Shown: positions 9,478-18,651 of the stretch, piece after piece
Layout: each line of letters begins with the position of its first letter
How positions within the stretch are numbered: the stretch's first letter is position 1
Assembly: GCA_902556065.1 (NCBI GenBank)
Contig: CACDUV010000001.1
Span: forward strand, 30,534-94,533
Direction of reading: 5' to 3'
DNA: 64,000 nt
From: an uncultured Pelagibacteraceae bacterium
GTDB lineage: Bacteria; Pseudomonadota; Alphaproteobacteria; Pelagibacterales; Pelagibacteraceae
The notes under the pieces: model-generated
Seen by the model: the letters and a program-made list of their open reading frames with translations, nothing else
Told to the model about the DNA's origin: nothing
Databases searched by the model: none
Program-made: the position numbers and the translations under genes

Positions 9478-10712
9478 TAAATGTCTTCTAACGGATGATG
9501 GGACATTAATTCAAGTCCATTTTCACCAACAAGGTACTGTTGTTCAAGTTTTACACCTTCTTTACCGCCAACTTTACCAATATAACTCTCAAGTGTGATC
9601 GTCATGTTCCTCTCAAAAGTTCCACCTTCCTCTCCACCATCAGTTGGATATCTTATTTGAGGCCACTCATCGCATAAACCAATTCCATGAACCATACATG
9701 AGTACCTATTTCCATAATATTCATCAGGCAAAACCCAAGATTTTTTTACAAATTCTTTAAAACTCATTCCTGGTTTTATTAATCTATAATTATGATCAAT
9801 TTGATTTCTAGCCATTGAATATAGTTTTTTTTGCTCATCATTAAATTTATGTCCAACTACAAAGGCTCTTGATATATCAGCACAGTATCCATAGGGACCA
9901 ACCATATCTGTATCAAAAGCAACAATTTCTCCCTGTTGCATAACTTTATTACTACTCTCTTGCATCCATGGATTTGTTCTTTCTCCAGAAGATAAAATTC
10001 TACATTCAATCCATTCACCTCCATTTTCGATATTTGTTTTATGTAAAATTGACCACAATTCATCTTCTGTCATTCCAGGTTTGAGATTTGATCTCATCTT
10101 AGATACACCTTTTTCTGCAACTTCTATTGCTGCTTTCATACAAGTTAATTCATCAGGTGATTTAATTACCCTTGCTTGTTCTAAAATTAATTTTGCATCT
10201 ACAACTTCAATACCTTCTTTATTTAAAGCTGCAACCGCAGGACCATTTAAAACATCAATTGCAATTTTTTTTGATTTAAAATAATTTTTTGATAAATCTT
10301 TAACTTCATTTATCCATTTTAATAATTGTTTGTCTGCTTGGTCTCCATTACTAAAATAATCCCAAGTGATTGCTGGTCTTATTTCGTCAATTAGATTTAA
10401 ATGCTTTGATAATATTTCACAATTAAAATACTCATAAAGAATAGTTGGTCCATTTACCGGTACAAAACAATATCTTGTTAAATTATGCATATTATAGACA
10501 CTCATGTTCACAGTATCTAAAGCATAACGAACATTCACCGGATCAAATAAAATACAAGCTTCTAAATTGTTTTTTACTAATTCTTTTCTAACCCTATCTA
10601 AACGATATGATCTTAACTCATCAAAATCAATTTCATCTTCTCTTAATCTTTTTTTTGTAATAAAATTTTGCCTTGGTTTAATTTCTGGAGCTATTTTTCT
10701 TTTAAATTTCAT
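9477..10712 (-). CDS. M24 (pita-bread) metalloenzyme, DddP-like DMSP lyase / Xaa-Pro peptidase family
   Basis: YRL.R, FDP.N.RYA.D..NM, RTNPW.QE, FDTD..GPYGYCADISR, HG.GLCDEWP, E..IG, KLE.Q: the DddP-type metal-ligand pattern. Confidence 0.8.
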   Translation of the reverse strand: MKFKRKIAPEIKPRQNFITKKRLREDEIDFDELRSYRLDRVRKELVKNNLEACILFDPVNVRYALDTVNMSVYNMHNLTRYCFVPVNGPTILYEYFNCEILSKHLNLIDEIRPAITWDYFSNGDQADKQLLKWINEVKDLSKNYFKSKKIAIDVLNGPAVAALNKEGIEVVDAKLILEQARVIKSPDELTCMKAAIEVAEKGVSKMRSNLKPGMTEDELWSILHKTNIENGGEWIECRILSSGERTNPWMQESSNKVMQQGEIVAFDTDMVGPYGYCADISRAFVVGHKFNDEQKKLYSMARNQIDHNYRLIKPGMSFKEFVKKSWVLPDEYYGNRYSCMVHGIGLCDEWPQIRYPTDGGEEGGTFERNMTITLESYIGKVGGKEGVKLEQQYLVGENGLELMSHHPLEDI

Positions 10713-10730
10713 GATTTTATAAATAATATA

Positions 10731-11102
10731 TTAAAATTCATAAAAAGTATATTTCGCTAAAATTTCTTCACCTGGTTCAATATCTTTTAATGAAACTAAA
10801 TAAAAATACTTTAAATTATTATTGTTTTTATCTTCCGCTGTTTCTTTGATTTTCTCTTCAATATTCTGACCAAAGTCATATTTAGGGAATGTATTTGATG
10901 ATAATTTAATTACATTTGGATTTTTTGAGTGATTATAGAAACCACCAAGAGGAGTTCTAATATACATGTCCTGAAAATTATCGTGTTTTACATGTGATAT
11001 ACCTATAAATGAATTTTTCTCAATTTTGGTTTTAGAAAATAAGCCCAAACCATCAATTTTTGAATCTTTTATGGTAAGATTTTTTGGCAACGGTCTATAC
11101 AT
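10731..11102 (-). CDS. Minimal SET-domain protein
   Basis: S.I.GLGLF, GGFYNHS.NPN, DIEPGEEI..KY; start placed at ATG 11102 (MYRPLP), overlapping the upstream stop. Confidence 0.8.
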   Translation of the reverse strand: MYRPLPKNLTIKDSKIDGLGLFSKTKIEKNSFIGISHVKHDNFQDMYIRTPLGGFYNHSKNPNVIKLSSNTFPKYDFGQNIEEKIKETAEDKNNNNLKYFYLVSLKDIEPGEEILAKYTFYEF

Positions 11103-11730
11103 CTTTCGTAACCCTGTACAAACCCAACCAAGCATTTACATCTTTGCTAGCAATATAGTCTGATTTAAAAAACTCTATTTCTTCCCATTTATTATTTTGG
11201 TTTAAACTTATGATTTTTTTATCAAATCCATATTCTTCATAAATACCTTCGTTAATAGTAAAACAAATTAACCCACCTGGTTTTGTTATTCTTATAAACT
11301 CATCTAATGCATTTGGTTTTACATGACCAAAAGTAAATGTTCCAACACACATAACTCCACCATAAAAGTTGTCCTCAACTTCAATTGGTTTATTTAAATC
11401 TACCTTCACTAATTTTTGATAGAGATCTTTTGGTACAGTATCTAATAAAGTTTGAGATAAATCAGCTCCATGAAAATTTTTAAAACTATATTTTTTAAGC
11501 TCCATTCCAACTAAACCTGTTCCACATCCAGCATCAAAAATTAAAATATCTTTATTTTTCTCATATTTGTTAAATGTTTCTGCAGTTTCTTTAGGTCCTG
11601 TATAGTTCCAATCAACCATGTCTTTATTGTATTTATCTTTGTCTCCCCAATCATCGTAGTACTTCATAACTTCATCGGTAGTTTTAAGTTTATAAATTGG
11701 AATTTTGTTTCCTACGTCTTTTTGAGCCAT
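11095..11730 (-). CDS. Class I SAM-dependent methyltransferase (WBSCR27/METTL27-like)
   Basis: YDDW...Y, DAGCGTGLVG, GADLS, VGTFTFGHV, R.TKPGG. Confidence 0.88.
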   Translation of the reverse strand: MAQKDVGNKIPIYKLKTTDEVMKYYDDWGDKDKYNKDMVDWNYTGPKETAETFNKYEKNKDILIFDAGCGTGLVGMELKKYSFKNFHGADLSQTLLDTVPKDLYQKLVKVDLNKPIEVEDNFYGGVMCVGTFTFGHVKPNALDEFIRITKPGGLICFTINEGIYEEYGFDKKIISLNQNNKWEEIEFFKSDYIASKDVNAWLGLYRVTKDV

Positions 11731-14135
11731 TAGCTTCTCATTTTTTGACCACTTGGATCATAAAGTGGTTCTTTAATTATTGAACAATTAAATAAATCTC
11801 CATTTATCTCTACTTGAATTTTATTTTCAGAATTAATGTTTTTTTGATCAACAAAAGTAAATGCTACACTTTTATTTACAAAATGAGCAAAACCACCTGA
11901 AGTTACATAACCAATACTTTGATCTCCATTCATAACAGCTTCATTATTTGTTACATCAATATCATTTGTTTCAACAATTAATGGTATGAGTTTATTTGAA
12001 GAATTTTCCTTTTGCGCACTCTCTTTACCTATAAATTCTTTATCCCAATTGATAAAAGCATCTAAACCTGTCTCCTTTGCTGTAAAATCTGGTCTATAAT
12101 CTAAAGTCCAAGCTCCCCAATTTTTCTCCAATCTCATTGACATTAATGCTCTTCCGCCAAAAGGTTTAATATTAAATTCTTTACCAGCTTCCATTAATTC
12201 TTCATAAAGTTTTAATTGATAATGGGGTGCTACATAAATTTCATATCCGAGCTCACCAGTAAATGAAATTCTATTTATTATTGCTGGAACTCCTCCAACA
12301 AACATTCTTCTAGAATCTCTAAATTGAAATTTTTCATTTGAAACATCGTCTCTTACAATTTTTTCTAAAACTTTCCTTGAGTTAGGTCCTGCAATAGATA
12401 AACCATGATACTCATCAGATCTATTAGAATAACTTAAATTAAATTTTCCTAAATGACTTTCAAACCAACGTCTATGCATTTCTTGAGCGGCTCCAGAACC
12501 AAATACCACGAATTCATTTTCATCTAAACATGCAACAGTTAGATCGCCACATAATTTTCCTCTATACGACAACATTGGAGATAAAGATATTCTTCCTGGT
12601 TTTGGAAGTCTTCCAGCCATTATGTGATCTAAAAATTTTCTGGCATCAGGACCTTTGAACTCATGTTTTGAAAAATTTGCAACTTCAATCAAGCCAACAT
12701 TTTCTCTAACATTAATAACTTCTTTTGATACATAATCGTGTGATCTTGATCTTTTTATTGTTGGTTCCTCATGAGCATCTTCTTTATTGTTTGCAAACCA
12801 CAAAACATTTTCCAATCCAAAACTATCCCCCATAACAGCACCTTGATTTACAAATCGATCATATAGGGCAGTAGTTTTTTGTTTTCTTCCTTTTGGTAAA
12901 GTTTCATTAGGAAATGTCATAATAAATCTTCGTTCATAATTTTCTGAGGATTTTATTGTTCCATATTGAGGTGAAGCGTAATCTCCAAATCTAGCAACAT
13001 CCATTGCCCAAACATCAATGGAAGGTTCTCCATCAATAATCCACTCAGCAATACATTTTCCAACACCACCCCCTTGGCAAAATCCAGCCATGACACCAAC
13101 TGCAACCCAATAATTTTTCATTCCTGGTACTGGACCAATAAGAGGACTTCCATCTGGACCAAAAGTAAAAGGTCCATTAACAATATTTTTTATTCCTGCC
13201 CGCTCTAATGCTGGCATTCTCTCAAATCCAATTGCTAATCGATCTTCAATATTATCTAACTTTGGCTCAAGCAGCTCGTGACCAAAATTCATTGGTGTTC
13301 CTTCTACTTTCCAAGGAGTTGATTTTGGCTCATAAGTTCCAAGCAACATTCCCTTACCTTCTTGTCTAAAATAAATATTTCCCTCAAAATCTGTTCCAAT
13401 AGGCAGTCTTTGATCACCCATCGCTTCAATTTCTGGAATAGGTTCAGTGATTAAATAATGATGCTCCATTGGTTGAACTGGAAGATTTAATCCCGCTAAT
13501 TGACCGACTTCTCTTGCCCACAAACCACCTGCATTAATTACTATTTCAGCATTTATATTTCCTTTGTCGGTAAATACTTCCCATGATCCATCTTCTTTTT
13601 GTTTCGTGTCTTTCACGACAGTGTGGGTATAATATTTTCCACCATGAACTTTTGCAGCTTTTGCAAAAGCATAAGTTACACCTGACGGATCAACCTCTCC
13701 ATCAATAGGATCCCACAGAGCTAACAAATATCTAGATGGGTCAATTAAAGGATGTTTCTTTTTTACTTCCTCTAGAGAAATAAATTCTTGATCAAGCCCC
13801 ATATATCTTGCTTTTGATCTTTCTCTTTTTAAATAATCAGCCCACACTTCATTTGATGCTAAATAAAATCCTCCACTGGGTTTAAAGCCAACAGAATGAC
13901 CAGACTCTTTTTCTATCTCTTTATAGAGGCCAATCGTGTAAGCCATCATCCTAGAAATATTTGGATCAGATGAAATTACATGAACATTTCCTGCTGCATG
14001 CCAAGATGAACCGGAAGTAAGCTCATTTCTTTCAAGCAAGATACAATCCTTTAATCCAAATTTAGATAAATGATAAAGAATAGAACACCCTACTACACCA
14101 CCTCCTATGATTACTACCTTCGCATGCTTTTCCAT
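11730..14135 (-). CDS. Dimethylglycine dehydrogenase family (FAD DAO domain + GcvT domain)
   Basis: GGGVVG, LTSGSSWHAAG, NGPFTFGPDG, RISFTGELGYE; 801 aa; directly downstream of BHMT. Confidence 0.92.
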   Translation of the reverse strand: MEKHAKVVIIGGGVVGCSILYHLSKFGLKDCILLERNELTSGSSWHAAGNVHVISSDPNISRMMAYTIGLYKEIEKESGHSVGFKPSGGFYLASNEVWADYLKRERSKARYMGLDQEFISLEEVKKKHPLIDPSRYLLALWDPIDGEVDPSGVTYAFAKAAKVHGGKYYTHTVVKDTKQKEDGSWEVFTDKGNINAEIVINAGGLWAREVGQLAGLNLPVQPMEHHYLITEPIPEIEAMGDQRLPIGTDFEGNIYFRQEGKGMLLGTYEPKSTPWKVEGTPMNFGHELLEPKLDNIEDRLAIGFERMPALERAGIKNIVNGPFTFGPDGSPLIGPVPGMKNYWVAVGVMAGFCQGGGVGKCIAEWIIDGEPSIDVWAMDVARFGDYASPQYGTIKSSENYERRFIMTFPNETLPKGRKQKTTALYDRFVNQGAVMGDSFGLENVLWFANNKEDAHEEPTIKRSRSHDYVSKEVINVRENVGLIEVANFSKHEFKGPDARKFLDHIMAGRLPKPGRISLSPMLSYRGKLCGDLTVACLDENEFVVFGSGAAQEMHRRWFESHLGKFNLSYSNRSDEYHGLSIAGPNSRKVLEKIVRDDVSNEKFQFRDSRRMFVGGVPAIINRISFTGELGYEIYVAPHYQLKLYEELMEAGKEFNIKPFGGRALMSMRLEKNWGAWTLDYRPDFTAKETGLDAFINWDKEFIGKESAQKENSSNKLIPLIVETNDIDVTNNEAVMNGDQSIGYVTSGGFAHFVNKSVAFTFVDQKNINSENKIQVEINGDLFNCSIIKEPLYDPSGQKMRS

Positions 14136-15175
14136 TAGTATTTAATTTCCTTATTCACTTTTTTTAAAGATTTATCTGTGCCATGATGGAAATGTTTGCT
14201 CATGTCTGGCATATATTTCATTGAAATTGGTTTCTTTCCAATTGCAACTGACATTTCTCTTACGTGATGTGCTTCTGCTCCACAACATATACCAATAAAA
14301 TTTATTTTATTTTTTACACAATCTTTTGCGAACTCTGCCATTTCAAATCTGTTACAAAACAAATTATCTAAAGCTACTGGGAATGCATTTCCACCTGGAA
14401 TACAGTCGCAACCATGATCAGTGATATTTAAGAAACCAGGTTCTTCCTCTGTTGTTCTATAAGGTACTGGAAGTCCAGCAACATGACATGAAACTTTTTC
14501 TCTAACCTTTTTTAATAATTTCATTGTCATTTCGGGTCCTCGATAACAATTTAAACCAACTACATCTGCACCTAAATCTTCCATCATTTTGCACGCATCT
14601 TCAGCAGTATGACCTTCTCTAGTTTTATCCCCTCTAGGAATTGCAAAATTACAAACTGCAATAAGTCCTGAATCCTTAATTGCTTTTAATGCTATTTTCA
14701 TTTCTTCTGTCCAATTTATTGTTTCTGCTATTACAAAATCAACACCAGCCTCTTTTGCCCAAGCTACTTGTTCTTCATACATTTGTTGACATTGTTTGTG
14801 AGTATTAGGATCCCCTGGATCAAATACATTTGTATTAGCCACGTCTCCGCAAACCATAAGATCTAAATCTTTAAACTCAGCAGCAGCATCTTTTGCAATT
14901 TTAAGAGCACCTTTTTGCATTGGTTCTAACAAATGTTCTTTACCAATTATTCTGAGCTTTTCTCTATGACCGTAATAAGTAAATGCTTGAACAACATCAG
15001 ATCCCGCTCTAATAAATTCTCTATGTAACTGAGTTACTACTTCTGGATGTTCTAAAACTACTTCTGGGACAAATGGACCTGCTGATAAATATCCTCTTCT
15101 TTCCATTGCAAAAAGATATCCTTCAGCACACATTATTGGGCCTTCATTTAATCTAGTAATAAGATCTTTTTTCAT
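14135..15175 (-). CDS. bhmT: Betaine-homocysteine S-methyltransferase
   Basis: EGYLF..ERRGY, LHREF.RAGSDV.QAFTYY, GLNC.RGP and GICCG zinc-ligand motifs. Confidence 0.9.
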   Translation of the reverse strand: MKKDLITRLNEGPIMCAEGYLFAMERRGYLSAGPFVPEVVLEHPEVVTQLHREFIRAGSDVVQAFTYYGHREKLRIIGKEHLLEPMQKGALKIAKDAAAEFKDLDLMVCGDVANTNVFDPGDPNTHKQCQQMYEEQVAWAKEAGVDFVIAETINWTEEMKIALKAIKDSGLIAVCNFAIPRGDKTREGHTAEDACKMMEDLGADVVGLNCYRGPEMTMKLLKKVREKVSCHVAGLPVPYRTTEEEPGFLNITDHGCDCIPGGNAFPVALDNLFCNRFEMAEFAKDCVKNKINFIGICCGAEAHHVREMSVAIGKKPISMKYMPDMSKHFHHGTDKSLKKVNKEIKY

Positions 15176-15186
15176 AATTTATCCTT

Positions 15187-16365
15187 TCATTTCATTATAT
15201 TGTTTGCAACCCATTTGTGGAAATGATGGGTGGGATTATCCATCACAGGTGAAAAGTTTCCCCCATTATAAGATGGTGATTTTCTCCCATCTTGCATTCC
15301 CTCAATTATATTTAAATCTTCACTTTGAACTCCTTTCCAAAGTTCAAAGTTTTGTTTTCTAAGTGATTTAAATTTTTTAGAATTTGCCGCTTCATTACCA
15401 ACATAAAAAATTTCCATATGTTCTTTTGTATATTCATTATTAACTGGTTCTAACCAGTAAGCGTAAAAATGGTCTTTATGAATCCCAAGCATAACATTTG
15501 GGAAAAGAGCAACGTATTCAGCAATATGCTCTTGATCTTTCGGCCAGTTTGGGAAAGTTGGAAATTTTAAGCTACTTTTAAATCTTGGGTTATAAACCAT
15601 AGTACCTTGGCCAGCAAAACGATTTGGTAATCCTTGAATATGATAATGATCATCAATTTTTGAGTAAGAGTTTAAACCAGGATGAACCCAGGGGAGATGA
15701 TAGCTTTCACAATAATTTTCTATTGCAAACTTCCAATTACATTTAGCATTCAAATTAAAATAACCATAATCTTTAGAATAAACTATTAAATCTCTATCTT
15801 TTATTGGCCAGAATTTTTTCCATCTATCACTTAAAGGCTCTATATATTTTTCAAAATCAATTTCATTATTATTTATATTTACAAAAATTAAATCTAACCA
15901 AACGTATGATCTAACTTCCTTAAGCCCACTTTGTGATTTGCTAAATTTGTTACAATTATGTTTATTCATTCCACCAATATGAGGTGTGGCTATTAACTTG
16001 CCACTCATATCGTAGGACCAAGAGTGATAAGGACATCTTATTACATTCTTAATTTTACATTTTTCTTGAAGAATTTTGTATCCTCTATGACTACAAACAT
16101 TATGAAAAACTTTTATTTTTTTGTTTTTATCTCTTAAAATAATTAATGGTATTCCTAAAAGATCAAATGGTTTTGCGTCTCCAACATTAGGAATTGAACT
16201 CCCAACACCAATTACAACCCATTTATTTTCAAATATTTTTTTTCTTTCAACAGATAAATACTCATTATTTGTATAGCACTCATTAGGTAGACCATGAGCT
16301 TTATCTATATTTTTATTTACTACTTTTATTTTTTTTAAATCGATTATTTGAGATAACTTTTTCAT
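15187..16365 (-). CDS. Rieske non-heme iron oxygenase alpha subunit (choline monooxygenase / quaternary-amine oxygenase group)
   Basis: CSHRG...CPYHSW Rieske motif; NWK..EN..ESYH...H and ED mononuclear iron ligands; Q.GR.S. Confidence 0.9.
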   Translation of the reverse strand: MKKLSQIIDLKKIKVVNKNIDKAHGLPNECYTNNEYLSVERKKIFENKWVVIGVGSSIPNVGDAKPFDLLGIPLIILRDKNKKIKVFHNVCSHRGYKILQEKCKIKNVIRCPYHSWSYDMSGKLIATPHIGGMNKHNCNKFSKSQSGLKEVRSYVWLDLIFVNINNNEIDFEKYIEPLSDRWKKFWPIKDRDLIVYSKDYGYFNLNAKCNWKFAIENYCESYHLPWVHPGLNSYSKIDDHYHIQGLPNRFAGQGTMVYNPRFKSSLKFPTFPNWPKDQEHIAEYVALFPNVMLGIHKDHFYAYWLEPVNNEYTKEHMEIFYVGNEAANSKKFKSLRKQNFELWKGVQSEDLNIIEGMQDGRKSPSYNGGNFSPVMDNPTHHFHKWVANNIMK

Positions 16366-16553
16366 TTCAACTTTTATTAAACCTCCTTGTTTAAGTTGGA
16401 ATTAATTAAAGCTAAGTTTTACGATTCTCTTATAATGATTTGTTGAAATACAGTTTTACAGTTTAGAATATAAACAAACTCTTTGAAGAAAAAATTTGCA
16501 GAAAACATGATAGTAAAACCTTATCGTTAAATAAATCTTAATTAAAGACAATT

Positions 16554-16609
16554 TAACTTCAACCAGTAGTTGAAAGTTATTTGCAATCTTTTTGCTGATA
16601 TGTTGTAGT
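16554..16609 (+). promoter_or_regulatory. Imperfect inverted repeat next to a putative sigma70 promoter of the SBP gene
   Basis: TAACTTCAAC-cagta-GTTGAAAGTTA (16554-16579), then TTGCAA-N17-TGTAGT; GGAG RBS before ATG 16641. Confidence 0.4.
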
Positions 16610-16640
16610 AATAATTCAAAAATTAACTAACGGAGATATA

Positions 16641-17651
16641 ATGAAAAAGTTAAAAACAATTCTATTTTCCGCACTTTTAGCATTTGGTATGACTTCTTTT
16701 GCAAATGCTTGTGGAAAATTAGTTATAGCCGAACAAAACTGGGCATCTGCCGAGTTAATGGCAAACGTTGATAAAATCATTCTCGAAGAAGGATATGGAT
16801 GTGAAGTAGAACTAGTACCTGGTGCTACTATGCCTACATTTACTTCTATGAATGACAAAGGAACACCTGACATGAACCCTGAGCAATGGGCGAATGCAGT
16901 TTACACTCCTTTAAAAAAAGCGGTAAGTGAGAAAAGATTAATTATTGCAAATAAAGCTCCAATTACAGGTCTAGGAGAAGGTTGGTGGTTAAATCCAGCA
17001 GCTTTAGAAAAACATCCAGAACTTAAAGGAATGACAGCTGTTCAAATTTTAGAGCGTCCAGATTTATTTCCTGATAAAGAAGACCCATCAAAAGGTGCTT
17101 TCATGGGATGTCCAGCAGGTTGGGGATGTCAATTAGCTAATGCCAATTTATATAGAGCATTTGGAATGGAAAAAAAAGGTTGGAAACTTATTGATCCAGG
17201 TTCAGCTGCAGGTTTAGATGGTTCAATTGCTAAAGCATCAGATTCTGGCGAGCCATGGTTTGGATATTATTGGAATCCTACATCAATGGTTGGAAAATAT
17301 AATTTACAGCCAGTAGATTTTGGTGTTCCTTTTGCAGGGAGAGATAATTGGGATAATTGCATCACTCTTGCAGAGCAAGATTGTGCAGATCCAAAACCAA
17401 CTGCATGGACAAAATCTGAGGTTAACTCAATTGTAAGTGCTAACTTTGCTAAAACTGGTGGAAAAGATGTTTTAAAATATGTTGAAAGTAGAACTTTTCC
17501 AGGCCCAGTAATGAATGGAATGTTAGTTTATATGGCTGACAACCAAGCAAAAGGTTCTGATGCTGCGGTTGAGTTTTTAATTAAGCATGAAGATATTTGG
17601 ACTAAGTGGGTGTCTTCTGGTGCTGCAAAAAAAATCAAAAAAAGTTTATAA
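16641..17651 (+). CDS. Glycine betaine/proline-family ABC transporter substrate-binding protein
   Basis: Signal peptide; NWASAEL, PEQW.N, GCPAGWGC, DPGSAAGLD, GYYW.P (OpuAC/ProX superfamily). Confidence 0.9.
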   Translation: MKKLKTILFSALLAFGMTSFANACGKLVIAEQNWASAELMANVDKIILEEGYGCEVELVPGATMPTFTSMNDKGTPDMNPEQWANAVYTPLKKAVSEKRLIIANKAPITGLGEGWWLNPAALEKHPELKGMTAVQILERPDLFPDKEDPSKGAFMGCPAGWGCQLANANLYRAFGMEKKGWKLIDPGSAAGLDGSIAKASDSGEPWFGYYWNPTSMVGKYNLQPVDFGVPFAGRDNWDNCITLAEQDCADPKPTAWTKSEVNSIVSANFAKTGGKDVLKYVESRTFPGPVMNGMLVYMADNQAKGSDAAVEFLIKHEDIWTKWVSSGAAKKIKKSL

Positions 17652-17662
17652 TTAACTTTTAA

Positions 17663-17691
17663 TTACGAGCCTATTTAATATAGGCTCGTAA
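17663..17691 (+). terminator. Stem-loop between SBP and permease genes
   Basis: TTACGAGCCTAT-ttaat-ATAGGCTCGTAA, perfect 12-bp inverted repeat; weak U-tract. Confidence 0.7.
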
Positions 17692-17704
17692 AAATTTTAT
17701 ATTT

Positions 17705-18589
17705 ATGGAATTTTTTACTGAATTTCCAGAAATGGGAAGAAGATCCCAAATGGAGCTAAGAAAAGGTATAGATTTAGCTTTTAGAAATTTTTCAAGAGAA
17801 TATGGAGACAATATAGAAGCATTTTTTGATCCATTATTATTTTTTTTAGTATCTTTAGAAAAATTATTATTATCCACCCCATGGATAATAATTATTGGAA
17901 CAATTTGTGGATTAGCATGGTTAGGTTCGAAAAGTTGGAAATTAGTTGTAGGAAGTGCAATAGCTTTTTTATTAATTGGTTATTTTGGAATGTGGGAAGA
18001 TTGTATGGCAACAGTCGCTATCATTACTGTATGCACAATCATTTGTATTGTTGTTGGTATTCCAATAGGAATTGTAATGGCTAGATCAGCTAGAGCTGAA
18101 AAGGCAATACTTCCTGTATTGGATATGATGCAAACAATTCCTAGTTTTGTTTATTTAATCCCAATTTTGATGTTGTTGGGAATTGGAAAGGTTCCTGGCT
18201 TAATTGCTGTTTGTGTCTACGCAGTTCCTCCAATTATTAGGTTAACTAATCTAGGAATTAGAGAGGTAGACAAAGAAACTTTAGAGGCTAGTGAAGCTTT
18301 TGGAGCAACTACAACTCAAAAATTAAAATCTGTTCAAATTCCACTTGCTTTGCCGACTGTTTTTGCTGGCGTAAATCAAACAATAATGATGGCTCTAGCA
18401 ATGGTGGTAATTGCTTCTATGATAGGTGTAAAAGGTCTTGGTGTACCAATATTAAGGGCTGTTTCTAACCAATATTTAGCTCTTGGAATGATGAATGGAT
18501 TAGCAATAGTTGCTCTCGCAATTGTCTTTGATAGGGTCACTCAAGAGTATGGAAGAAGAATCCAAAAGCACAGAGGTCAGATAAAATAG
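17705..18589 (+). CDS. ProW-type ABC transporter permease
   Basis: PVLDMMQTIPSFVYLIP, EAA-like loop EASEAFGAT, GVNQTIMMALAMVVIASMIG. Confidence 0.93.
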   Translation: MEFFTEFPEMGRRSQMELRKGIDLAFRNFSREYGDNIEAFFDPLLFFLVSLEKLLLSTPWIIIIGTICGLAWLGSKSWKLVVGSAIAFLLIGYFGMWEDCMATVAIITVCTIICIVVGIPIGIVMARSARAEKAILPVLDMMQTIPSFVYLIPILMLLGIGKVPGLIAVCVYAVPPIIRLTNLGIREVDKETLEASEAFGATTTQKLKSVQIPLALPTVFAGVNQTIMMALAMVVIASMIGVKGLGVPILRAVSNQYLALGMMNGLAIVALAIVFDRVTQEYGRRIQKHRGQIK

Positions 18590-18651
18590 TTGATACTTTG
18601 CTGCATCGAATTTTCTAGACTCATATTTTAAAATAAATAAAGATCTCCTCT

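Noticed and set aside
15176-15186. SAM-V/SAM-II riboswitch expected upstream of bhmT in some SAR11
   Set aside because: Only 11 nt separate bhmT from the upstream Rieske gene; I could not recognise a riboswitch in 16366-16640 either (an Rfam/Infernal scan would settle it)
16362-16508. 29-codon minus-strand ORF (MFSANFFF...) and a TTG-AAA-TGA mini-ORF after a strong AAGGAGG upstream of the Rieske gene
   Set aside because: No RBS or recognisable features for the first; the second is too short to tell from chance; a leader-peptide role is unsupported
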